From: a virus
Taxonomy: Duplodnaviria; Caudoviricetes
IMG/VR virus record: IMGVR_UViG_3300028398_000001
Location: 1-57,965 of that record
Length of the DNA: 57,965 nucleotides
Strand: one strand, 5' to 3'
Position numbers and translations under genes: made by a program. A model generated the notes under the pieces. That model searched no databases. It saw nothing but the letters and a program-made list of their open reading frames with translations, and had not been told where the DNA came from. Below, in pieces: positions 27,991 through 36,137 of this stretch (positions are counted from its first letter, which is position 1; each line of letters starts with the position of its first letter).

Positions 27991-28546
27991 GCCTGAAACT
28001 ATATTTTTATACATAGCTTATGAAATAGAAGGTATGGGTTATGATAAAAAAGACCCTGCTGGTAAAACCATATTTGGAATTACAGAGAAATATTATCCAG
28101 AATACTATAATGAAATATTAGAAGTTGTCCACAATCAAGAGAAGCTAAATAAAAAAATCATAGAAGTTTATACCAAACTCTATCATTCTTATATGCCTTA
28201 TAATCTTAAATACCCCCTTGATATTTTCTTCTTTGATTTTTCTTTTAATTCAAAACCTAAAGAAGCTATCAGGGTTTTACAAAGAGCTTTAAATAATCTT
28301 ACTGGCTCTGAATTAGAACCTGATGGTAAATGGGGAAATCTTACAGAAGGAGTATATAACAAATTCAAAGATAATATATTTCTTCCAGAGATGTTTGAAA
28401 TAGAAAGAAAGAAATGGTATATAAGAAATCCTCAAAAAAGATATAGGTGTGGTTGGATAAACAGGTGCTTAAAGTTAGAGCAATTTATTATTAAATGTTC
28501 TGCATTAAAATCTATATTTGAAGTAGGTATAGGAGTAAATAAATGA
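27980..28546 (+). CDS. GH108 family lysozyme (probable endolysin)
   Basis: EGMGY..KDPAGKT.FGI, FD..FNS, LQRAL, PDGKWG..T, GWINR. Confidence 0.85.
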   Translation: MVCKPETIFLYIAYEIEGMGYDKKDPAGKTIFGITEKYYPEYYNEILEVVHNQEKLNKKIIEVYTKLYHSYMPYNLKYPLDIFFFDFSFNSKPKEAIRVLQRALNNLTGSELEPDGKWGNLTEGVYNKFKDNIFLPEMFEIERKKWYIRNPQKRYRCGWINRCLKLEQFIIKCSALKSIFEVGIGVNK

Positions 28547-28797
28547 GTAAGAAAACAGAGAAGTTAAAAATGTTAAAGAAAGATTTGCTTATGAATATTT
28601 TAACAGACCCTTATTTCTTACCAACTACTAAACTGATACTGGTCTATTTTCTTGAATTAAAAGGAATGCATTATATTGAAAACAACGGAGAAGTAGATTT
28701 TAATGAGCTTTCAGAAATCTTACATATCAGCAAACAAACTCTTGGAAAAGCTAAAAAACAATTATTAGAACTTGAAGTTTTAAGAGAAAAACAATAG
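28543..28797 (+). CDS. Small helix-turn-helix protein
   Basis: FNELSEILHISKQTLGKAKKQL. Confidence 0.7.
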   Translation: MSKKTEKLKMLKKDLLMNILTDPYFLPTTKLILVYFLELKGMHYIENNGEVDFNELSEILHISKQTLGKAKKQLLELEVLREKQ

Positions 28798-28806
28798 GAG
28801 GTTAGT

Positions 28807-29076
28807 ATGCAGGTTATATTATTTACAGGTGAGAATTGTGCTGGTTGTGATTTAATGAAAGAAAGATTTAAAGTATTAAAGAAAAGATACAAAAATAAAT
28901 TAAAATTTTTAGAAGTGGATGTTGAGAAAAACTATGAAGATAGTATTAAATATGGCATTAGAAGCATTCCAGCTGTTACTATTGTAGATGATATGGATAG
29001 GGTATTAGATATGACTATAGGGTCAGTTCCTTTAGCAAGTTTAGAAAGACTAATAGATAAATTAATAGGAAGATGA
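28807..29076 (+). CDS. Thioredoxin-like protein
   Basis: CAGC, EVDVE, YGIRSIP. Confidence 0.88.
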   Translation: MQVILFTGENCAGCDLMKERFKVLKKRYKNKLKFLEVDVEKNYEDSIKYGIRSIPAVTIVDDMDRVLDMTIGSVPLASLERLIDKLIGR

Positions 29077-29714
29077 AAGACTTAACTACTAAACTATTAA
29101 GCAATTTTAGGCTCTTATTAAAAGAGCAGGGTTATAATACTGCAGAAATAGAAACTATATTAGAAAACATAGCTAATAAAAATGGTTTGGATGGTATTGG
29201 TGATTTATTTTCTGCTTGGAAATTTGATTATACTGAAGATTTATACTACATAGTAAATTTAAAAAATTGTATTAACAAATTAAGAAAGGAGAAAAATCTA
29301 AAGTTAAAAGAGATTATGGATGAAGTAAATAAGCTATATGGAACTTCTTTTAGATATTATCAAATGAAAAACTTCGTAGCTAAAGGAAATAAAAAGAAAA
29401 CTGCCTTTGCCTATATCTATATTCCATTTTACAATTTCTGTAAATTATATGGATATGAATTAAATAAAGAAGAAGATTTCAAATTAGGTATTAAAAAGAA
29501 TGAAGTATATGATGATACTTTAGCTACACGATTAGAAAGATTATTGAATGAAAGTGGTAAAGGAATACAGGAAATTATAAATGAAATATATGAAATATCA
29601 AATATTAAAATTGATAAGTATTACTTCAACAGGGTTGTCTCTGAAAAGAGAGTAAAGTTCAGAAATATTACTTACAATGCTATTATAAAGTATTTAAATT
29701 CAATAAAATTTTAG
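29073..29714 (+). CDS. Hypothetical protein with two HTH-like repeats
   Basis: LRKEKNLKLKEIMDEV.. and LLNESGKGIQEIINEI.. Confidence 0.6.
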   Translation: MKDLTTKLLSNFRLLLKEQGYNTAEIETILENIANKNGLDGIGDLFSAWKFDYTEDLYYIVNLKNCINKLRKEKNLKLKEIMDEVNKLYGTSFRYYQMKNFVAKGNKKKTAFAYIYIPFYNFCKLYGYELNKEEDFKLGIKKNEVYDDTLATRLERLLNESGKGIQEIINEIYEISNIKIDKYYFNRVVSEKRVKFRNITYNAIIKYLNSIKF

Positions 29715-29723
29715 GAGGTATTT

Positions 29724-30236
29724 ATGCTGTTAACGGGTGCTGAAATTAAAGAGCTTAATTTAGTAGAGCCTTGTGTTGACAAAGTAAAATGTGAAATTAG
29801 CTATGGACTTGAGCCAAATGGATATACTTTGAGATTAGACAATATCTTTAAATATCCATTTAAGTCTCATACTGTTTTTGACCCTATGAAAAAATCTTTT
29901 ACAAACAAATCATTTAGAGAAGTAAAAAGAGATTTCTTTATACTGAAGCCTAATAAGTTTGTATTAGCCAAAGCAAAGGAATATATAAACTTACCAAATA
30001 ATGTATCTGCAATTGCTTTAACAAAATCAACCTATGCACGATTAGGAGTATTTGCAAATATTACAACTATTGATGCTGGTTGGAGAGGATATTTAACTAT
30101 TGAAATAGCAAATCTTGGAAGCAATCCAGTAAAGATTTATGCTAATTATGGCATTGCTGAAATATTATTCTTCAAGCATAATGATACAGAAGGCTATGAT
30201 GGAAATTACCAGGATTTAAATAGTATAAAAATATAG
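29724..30236 (+). CDS. dcd: dCTP deaminase
   Basis: ISYGL..GY.LRL, KSTYARLG, IDAGWRGYLTIEI, Y.GNYQ. Confidence 0.93.
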   Translation: MLLTGAEIKELNLVEPCVDKVKCEISYGLEPNGYTLRLDNIFKYPFKSHTVFDPMKKSFTNKSFREVKRDFFILKPNKFVLAKAKEYINLPNNVSAIALTKSTYARLGVFANITTIDAGWRGYLTIEIANLGSNPVKIYANYGIAEILFFKHNDTEGYDGNYQDLNSIKI

Positions 30237-30274
30237 GGTGCTGTTGGGTTTGAACTGTCTTTACCTCTTTTTCG

Positions 30275-30300
30275 GTGGGGCTTGTCCCCACTTTATTTTT
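30275..30300 (+). terminator. Intrinsic terminator
   Basis: GTGGGG-CTTGT-CCCCAC then TTTATTTTT. Confidence 0.75.
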
Positions 30301-30316
30301 AAAAAAGGAGTAAGTT

Positions 30317-30865
30317 ATGAGAGAAAGATTAATAAGTGATAAAATGCAAAAGGAACTTATTATAAAATATTACAATGATTTATTACCAATAAAGAAAATT
30401 GCCAGGGAATATCATGTTGTAAAAAATACTATTTTATCTAATATACAAAAATATAAAAATAAAAATAAAAACTGGACAGATTTAATAACAAATAAAATAT
30501 ATGAAGCTATAATTGAAAGATGGCTACATAATAAGGAAACTCCTACTTCTATATTAAAGGATTTTGGTATTGAAGATTTAAGTGTATGGTCAAGAATTAG
30601 AGTTGTTTTAGAAAAGAAATATAATATTTCAAAGGTAGAAATGGATAATGTTTCTGCATATCTTAAAATAAAAAGAGCAAAGGATACTGCTAAAAAAAGT
30701 TATTATGAAAAGAAAAAAGATTTAGAGGATTGGTTTATAAAGGATATTAAATTAAAAAACCGCTCGCTGTTCTATGAAATACAATCAAAAATAGCCAATA
30801 AAACATTTGAAGAAATATCAAAAGAAATAGATGAAATAGAAAGAAGAAATTTAAACAGGAGGTAA
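30317..30865 (+). CDS. HTH-containing hypothetical protein
   Basis: PIKKIAREYHVVKNTI; RBS AGGAG. Confidence 0.6.
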   Translation: MRERLISDKMQKELIIKYYNDLLPIKKIAREYHVVKNTILSNIQKYKNKNKNWTDLITNKIYEAIIERWLHNKETPTSILKDFGIEDLSVWSRIRVVLEKKYNISKVEMDNVSAYLKIKRAKDTAKKSYYEKKKDLEDWFIKDIKLKNRSLFYEIQSKIANKTFEEISKEIDEIERRNLNRR

Positions 30866-30869
30866 TATT

Positions 30870-31046
30870 ATGAAGATGAATAATGAGCAGTTAGAAAGAG
30901 CAAAAACTTTAGCAAGAGAACATTGGAGCTATATAGAGAAATTATTAATCACTCATAGAGTAGATACTGAAATTATACAAATAATTAAATTCCATTATAT
31001 AAGTTCTTTTATACATGGTTATAAACACGCAATAGAAGATAAGTAA
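30870..31046 (+). CDS. Small hypothetical protein (58 aa, below cutoff)
   Basis: RBS AGGAGG; MKMNNEQ...HGYKHAIEDK; last + strand gene. Confidence 0.7.
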   Translation: MKMNNEQLERAKTLAREHWSYIEKLLITHRVDTEIIQIIKFHYISSFIHGYKHAIEDK

Positions 31047-31421
31047 TTATACCAAATGTTTTTCTACTAAATATACAAATATTGCAAGCAATTGCATTGC
31101 AATTGCGATTAAAACACCAATTAAGTAACCATTTAATTTTTCAAGTCTTTTTTCCATAGTGTCCAATCTATTAAAATTTGTGGGACAATGCTTTGTGCCG
31201 TTGCTAAATACTTCCTCAACCCTCCGATTTAATGCATCAATCTTTTTAGTATTCTCATCAGTTCTTTCAATAACAATTGATAGTCTCTCAAAACTAATAG
31301 TAAGTTTATCTATAATCTCACTTTGCCTTTCTATATTATTACTCATAACAGCAAAGTCCTTTGTTAATTCGGATAGTGCATTTTTGATTTCAAATATATC
31401 TTTATTATTTACCTCGCACAA
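31047..31421 (-). CDS. Coiled-coil protein with C-terminal TM helix (lysis-associated)
   Basis: Heptad repeats, then YLIGVLIAIAMQLLAIFVYL. Confidence 0.6.
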   Translation of the reverse strand: MCEVNNKDIFEIKNALSELTKDFAVMSNNIERQSEIIDKLTISFERLSIVIERTDENTKKIDALNRRVEEVFSNGTKHCPTNFNRLDTMEKRLEKLNGYLIGVLIAIAMQLLAIFVYLVEKHLV

Positions 31422-31635
31422 TTTTTTTACACTCCTTTAATTGGTTTTTGAGGCTATCAAAAGTATATTGATTTAATAAAATACCATCAAAAGGAGCAGG
31501 CTCACCTTTTTCTATATAATGAGCTTTTATTTTATAAAATTGGACAGGAACTGACTTATTATTTATCGTTGTGCAACTTGTCATTATCCAAAGGGCTATT
31601 AAGTAAATTAGCCAGTTCTTCTTCAGTTTTTTCAT
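31405..31635 (-). CDS. Lipoprotein, candidate o-spanin
   Basis: Basic N-terminus, hydrophobic core, lipobox-like MTSC. Confidence 0.65.
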   Translation of the reverse strand: MKKLKKNWLIYLIALWIMTSCTTINNKSVPVQFYKIKAHYIEKGEPAPFDGILLNQYTFDSLKNQLKECKKIVRGK

Positions 31636-31717
31636 CTTTCTTTTGCCTCTCTATATTTATAACTCTTTTAAAAATACTTACAAGGAAGTTCCCTATTGAT
31701 AATATATTTTTTAGCAT
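31559..31717 (-). CDS. Candidate i-spanin (52 aa)
   Basis: MLKNILSIGNFLVSIFKR...; overlaps the lipoprotein gene in another frame, Rz/Rz1-like. Confidence 0.45.
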   Translation of the reverse strand: MLKNILSIGNFLVSIFKRVINIERQKKDEKTEEELANLLNSPLDNDKLHNDK

Positions 31718-31923
31718 TCTTTATTCTCCTTGTGTTTCTTTTTTAAAAAATAGATTTCCTCTTTTGCATAAATTCTACCGATTATTGAAAATACTGCCCC
31801 TAACATATTTACCAATGCAAAGTAATCAGTTTCAGGACTATTAGATTTTAAATAGATAATAGAGGAGGCTATCAATGTTATGATAGCTCCCCAAATGGTT
31901 TTTGATTTAAATGCATGTTTCAT
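31711..31923 (-). CDS. Candidate holin
   Basis: KSKTIWG start, two TM helices, basic tail; ATG 31923 after GGAG. Confidence 0.7.
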   Translation of the reverse strand: MKHAFKSKTIWGAIITLIASSIIYLKSNSPETDYFALVNMLGAVFSIIGRIYAKEEIYFLKKKHKENKEC

Positions 31924-31968
31924 TTCTAACTCCAAGATAAAGAAACATAGAAAAATATCTATGAGCCA

Positions 31969-32142
31969 TTATTTATCATCCTTATTAAGGTCTATAACAA
32001 CCTTATCCCCCAATCCTAATTTATCAACGGCAGTTTTTACCAAGTCTATTAATTCACTAATAGTTACCTTTTTATCTTCCATATCCTGCTTTGCTTCAAC
32101 AACAAGAGCCATTACCAATCCAAAGATTTTTGAATAATCCAT
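31969..32142 (-). CDS. Small hypothetical protein (57 aa, below cutoff)
   Basis: RBS AGGAGG; MDYSKIFGLVMALVVEAKQD... Confidence 0.65.
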   Translation of the reverse strand: MDYSKIFGLVMALVVEAKQDMEDKKVTISELIDLVKTAVDKLGLGDKVVIDLNKDDK

Positions 32143-32174
32143 TACTAACCTCCTTCAAAAGTTTGTAAAGGTAT

Positions 32175-32555
32175 TTATTTTATACCTATTATTTTAGATG
32201 TTTCTTTCATTATCCGTTCCAAAGCCTTAACCAAAGTTTCTATTTGTATATTATGTATCTTATTATCAGCACCCTTCCAAGAAATAGTTTGTTTATATGC
32301 TTTTTTATAAGCATCGCTATTAGACATACCATTTGCAATGAACTTATTAAAATTAAAATTAGCTAAATTAACTATTGCATTTATATAAGATAGTGATATA
32401 TAGTCACCATCTAAAGGAACAGAATTAACCTTTATTACTAAATTTTCTTTAGCATCCATTTTAATCGCAGCTTTGTCCTTTAAAGTTTTAGGCTTATATA
32501 CAATTTCTTTTTTAAGATACATATTACTAACTTGTTTTATATTTTCTATTAGCAT
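32175..32555 (-). CDS. Tail-fibre-associated protein (DUF4376-like)
   Basis: TISWKGADN motif; follows the putative receptor-binding gene. Confidence 0.55.
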   Translation of the reverse strand: MLIENIKQVSNMYLKKEIVYKPKTLKDKAAIKMDAKENLVIKVNSVPLDGDYISLSYINAIVNLANFNFNKFIANGMSNSDAYKKAYKQTISWKGADNKIHNIQIETLVKALERIMKETSKIIGIK

Positions 32556-32558
32556 ACT

Positions 32559-34109
32559 TTAATATTCCTTATACATATCACTTGTAAAGGGTTCTTTTAC
32601 AACAGTTCCTTTTTTAGCTACTATTTTCCTTTGAACATATCTGCCTTGTTTATTTAAAGTATCATATTTAGCTGTAAATTTAGTGCCATCATAAGTCTCT
32701 TGAAGCCAATTTAATTGTGTAAAATTCATAGTTGTTGAAGTAGATATATCAGCATATACTTCAGGTTTATGGTCATAGAAAGCTTTTGAAGGTGGAGATG
32801 TTAAATTAGATGGTGATATATCTATATTATATATATCTAATCCACAGCCATTTATTACTTCCCAACCATCAGAAAAGGGTGCTGTATAGATTGCAGATAC
32901 TTTAACACTTCCATTCCAGCCTCCCAATAGATACACTCTACTTTTAGTAACTATAGCTTGAGAAAAATATACACCAGCTGGAAGTGTATTACTATCTGTA
33001 GTCCAAGAACCTAAAGTGCCATCATCATTTATAGGTGCTGTATATATAGTAGAAACTGCATTATTATTATTATCACTTCCACCCAATAGATAAACCCTAC
33101 TTTTAGTGGCTATAGCTTGAGAGCCATATAAAACACCTGGCAATGAATTACTATCTGTAGTCCAAGCACCTAAAGTTCCGTCTGTGTTTATAGGTGCTGT
33201 ATAGATTGTAGAAGTTACACCACTACTACTATTAATACCACCTAATAAATAAACCCTACTTTTAGTGGCTATAGCTTGTGAAATATATATATTGTCTGGC
33301 AAAGAATTACTATCTGTAGTCCAAGTTCCTAAAGTTCCATCAGAATTTATAGGTGCTGTATATACAGTGGAAACTTTACCATTGTCATTTCTACCACCCA
33401 ATAAATAAACTCTACTTTTAGTAGCTATAGCTTGTGAAAAATATATATTGTCTGGAAGTGTATTACTATCTGTAGTCCAAGCACCTAAAGTTCCGTCTGT
33501 GTTTATAGGTGAACTATATATAGCTGAAACTCCACCATTGTTATTTAGACCACCCAATAAATAAACCCTACTTTTAGTAACTATAGCTTGAGATTTAGAT
33601 AAAACACCTGGCAAGGAATTACTATCTGTAGTCCAAGCACCCAAAGTGCCATCAGAATTTATGGGTGCTGTATATACTGTAGAAACTCTACCATTACTAC
33701 CATAACCGCCTAATAAATACACTCTACTTTTAGTAATAATGGCTTGAGAATAAATTAATGTATCTGGTAATGTATTACTGTCTGTAGTCCAAGTTCCCAA
33801 AGGATTACTTACTCCTGTAGTTGTATATACATTCTGCTTCCAGAATTTAGTTAAGTATAGTATATCAGTTGTAACTGTTCCACTTGATTGTGTGTGTATT
33901 ACATTATTATTATCTATTAATTTTATAGGTTCGTTATCAGATATAGTATCAAAAGTCTTTAATGTTGTGTTAGTAGTATCACTATTCATAGTTATTTCTT
34001 GAGGTATATAATTAAGAGTAGTATTTTCCATTTTTATCCAATCACTATCACCACTATCCTGCTGTGTTATATTTTCTATATAAGTGGCATTATCTTTTGT
34101 AGCATACAT
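32559..34109 (-). CDS. Six-bladed Kelch-like beta-propeller protein, candidate receptor-binding protein
   Basis: Six 52-53-aa repeats W..LP...SQAI.TKSRVYLLGG...Y.AP. Confidence 0.8.
   Translation of the reverse strand: MYATKDNATYIENITQQDSGDSDWIKMENTTLNYIPQEITMNSDTTNTTLKTFDTISDNEPIKLIDNNNVIHTQSSGTVTTDILYLTKFWKQNVYTTTGVSNPLGTWTTDSNTLPDTLIYSQAIITKSRVYLLGGYGSNGRVSTVYTAPINSDGTLGAWTTDSNSLPGVLSKSQAIVTKSRVYLLGGLNNNGGVSAIYSSPINTDGTLGAWTTDSNTLPDNIYFSQAIATKSRVYLLGGRNDNGKVSTVYTAPINSDGTLGTWTTDSNSLPDNIYISQAIATKSRVYLLGGINSSSGVTSTIYTAPINTDGTLGAWTTDSNSLPGVLYGSQAIATKSRVYLLGGSDNNNNAVSTIYTAPINDDGTLGSWTTDSNTLPAGVYFSQAIVTKSRVYLLGGWNGSVKVSAIYTAPFSDGWEVINGCGLDIYNIDISPSNLTSPPSKAFYDHKPEVYADISTSTTMNFTQLNWLQETYDGTKFTAKYDTLNKQGRYVQRKIVAKKGTVVKEPFTSDMYKEY
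32875..33800 (-). repeat. Six intragenic tandem repeats of 156-159 bp
   Basis: Recurring TACT(A/G)TCTGTAGTCCAAG and CTACTTTTAGT blocks. Confidence 0.92.
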
Positions 34110-34120
34110 ATATATCCTCC

Positions 34121-34672
34121 TTAATAAGTAAACCCATCATTATAATTTTCATTGTTTTCAAAATTATTATTAGTTATAGGATTATCAATTAGTTTATAAA
34201 TAAATCCATCATTATAATTTTCATTGTTTTCAAAATTATTATTAGTTATAGGATTATCAATTAGTTTATAAATAAATCCATCATTATAATTTTCATTGTT
34301 TTCAAAATTATTATTAATTAAAATACCGTCTGATGAAAATGCATTTATAGCTATACTATATTTATTTACTTTACTTATCAAATTATCCTCTTTATAGGAA
34401 ATAAATAAATAGGCTGTAGTTGCAGTATTAGGAGGAGTATAATAAAAAGTGTCTCTATTTATATCAGAAATAATACCACTATCTGCAGTAATTATATATT
34501 GAGCATTTGGATTATAATTTGATATAGTATATTTAGTTTTTACACCCCCATTAATAGATAATGCTGGATTATCTAAAATGGGGGCGTCTAATAAATTAAG
34601 GTCTAAAATATCATCAGGTTGAATTCGCTCTATTTGTCCATTGTGTAATATTAAAGGTTTTTGTTTATTCAT
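34121..34672 (-). CDS. Virion accessory protein with C-terminal Asn-rich repeats
   Basis: N-terminus similar to 34700..35170; 24-aa repeat at the C-terminus. Confidence 0.65.
   Translation of the reverse strand: MNKQKPLILHNGQIERIQPDDILDLNLLDAPILDNPALSINGGVKTKYTISNYNPNAQYIITADSGIISDINRDTFYYTPPNTATTAYLFISYKEDNLISKVNKYSIAINAFSSDGILINNNFENNENYNDGFIYKLIDNPITNNNFENNENYNDGFIYKLIDNPITNNNFENNENYNDGFTY
34134..34316. repeat. Exact 72-bp tandem repeat, about 2.5 copies
   Basis: Units start at 34134, 34206, 34278. Confidence 0.95.
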
Positions 34673-34699
34673 AAATTATCTTAAGATTTTAGTTTGCCA

Positions 34700-35170
34700 T
34701 TATAGTTTAATAGGCATTTTAATATCAATGGCAAAATCGTGTTCGGATAAAGCAACACCTAATTCTGTTACATATCCAGAAGTTGGAGCTGTAGTTGTCA
34801 TTTTACCTGCTGCACTCTCATCAAGATAATATACAGCACCTGCTGTTAGGGTAGCTGCACCTGTAGCATCCGTCCAATCAGTAGCTGAAATAACACCATC
34901 TGTTTGAATATTACCTGTAGCAGAAGCTGCAATACTATCATCAGCTACAAATCCAATAGGTTTGGATGTTCCAGCAGCATCAGCTTTTGCTAAATCACAG
35001 CTATCACTTCCAGAAGCATAAACAGGCTGACCTTTCTTTAATGCCACAGTTGCGTTACTGTTAGTGAGTGTAACTGTATTATTATATACTACTGCTGCAT
35101 CCAGAGTATCTCCAGACTGAAGTTGCTCAAGATGTCCATCTACCAATACAATAGGTTTTCGTAGAGCCAT
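34700..35170 (-). CDS. Capsid decoration/cement-like beta protein
   Basis: KGQPVY, A.A...PIG, LTAGAVYYL..G..T.AP..G.A pattern. Confidence 0.6.
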   Translation of the reverse strand: MALRKPIVLVDGHLEQLQSGDTLDAAVVYNNTVTLTNSNATVALKKGQPVYASGSDSCDLAKADAAGTSKPIGFVADDSIAASATGNIQTDGVISATDWTDATGAATLTAGAVYYLDESAAGKMTTTAPTSGYVTELGVALSEHDFAIDIKMPIKL

Positions 35171-35181
35171 AATTTACCCCC

Positions 35182-35796
35182 TTAAAGTTTAATGGCTTGT
35201 TCAATATCTATAAAGATAACATTATTTGTAATAGCTTTACCAATTTTTTGTAAAAATCCTGAAGAAGGTGGAGTATGAGATAACTCATATCCATTTAAAA
35301 ATAACACAGTATTTGGTGTAAAATTCCAATTTGTATTTTTTATCATACCTTTACTTATAACATTTACTTTAAAACCAGCTGGTTTATTTTCTATAGCCAA
35401 TCCTAATATTTTATCAAGGAAACTTATATCATCTGAATGGGCTCTATATCCATTTGAACCAACAATATCAAAAATTGATATATCTTCTTTTGCCTCAACA
35501 TCTACTATTAAAGCTTCAGCTTTATCAATAATAAAATTATCATTGCTATCGTAATTATCTTTTGTGAGAAATCTGCTGGGGTCAAGACCATATTGATTAT
35601 ATATAATAGGATTATTAAACAAAACAGAAACATTTTCATCTCTAAAATCTACATTAATTTCATCACCAATACTCAATTCAATTATAGGATTAGATGAGGT
35701 ATCTAATGTCATATTAATAGCCTCATCTCCTATATTTATATTTATAGTATCTTCTCCGAAGGAAGTTAAAATTTTATCTTCATTTATTATTGCCAC
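35182..35796 (-). CDS. Structural protein with C-terminal domain paralogous to 34700..35170
   Basis: ILGLA..G.I..WNFT..LFL..LS.TPPSSG..KIG.A..IDI. Confidence 0.6.
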   Translation of the reverse strand: MAIINEDKILTSFGEDTININIGDEAINMTLDTSSNPIIELSIGDEINVDFRDENVSVLFNNPIIYNQYGLDPSRFLTKDNYDSNDNFIIDKAEALIVDVEAKEDISIFDIVGSNGYRAHSDDISFLDKILGLAIENKPAGFKVNVISKGMIKNTNWNFTPNTVLFLNGYELSHTPPSSGFLQKIGKAITNNVIFIDIEQAIKL

Positions 35797-36137
35797 TATA
35801 CACTCCGAGTAACATCTGGCAATACATTTAACTTACCAAAAATTAAAGTAGTAACATTATTATTAGCATCAACCAATTGAATATCATAGTAATAAGTTCC
35901 TGATAGATTGTTAGTATCATCGTGTGTTAAAACTATTTGGCTTTCACCTTGTGCTGCATTAGTATGATTTGTTATCTCTTTTTGAACAGCAGCTTCACTA
36001 TCATCTTGCATTAAATTCTGTTTCATAGTAAACCATATTTTAGCACCTGTTAAATTTATAGGGTTTCCTTGATTATCCTTCAATTTTAATTTAATAACCT
36101 TTGTATCACCTCTTCTAAAATTTGATATGCCGTTCAT
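35796..36137 (-). CDS. BppU-like Ig-fold structural protein
   Basis: RGDT..D.QG.PINLTGA..F..GTYYYDIQL. Confidence 0.7.
   Translation of the reverse strand: MNGISNFRRGDTKVIKLKLKDNQGNPINLTGAKIWFTMKQNLMQDDSEAAVQKEITNHTNAAQGESQIVLTHDDTNNLSGTYYYDIQLVDANNNVTTLIFGKLNVLPDVTRSV

Noticed and set aside
30237-30300. tRNA in the intergenic gap after dcd
   Set aside because: No cloverleaf or T-loop; only a terminator hairpin
32559-34109. Diversity-generating retroelement target
   Set aside because: No reverse transcriptase or separate template repeat seen; variation is not confined to adenines
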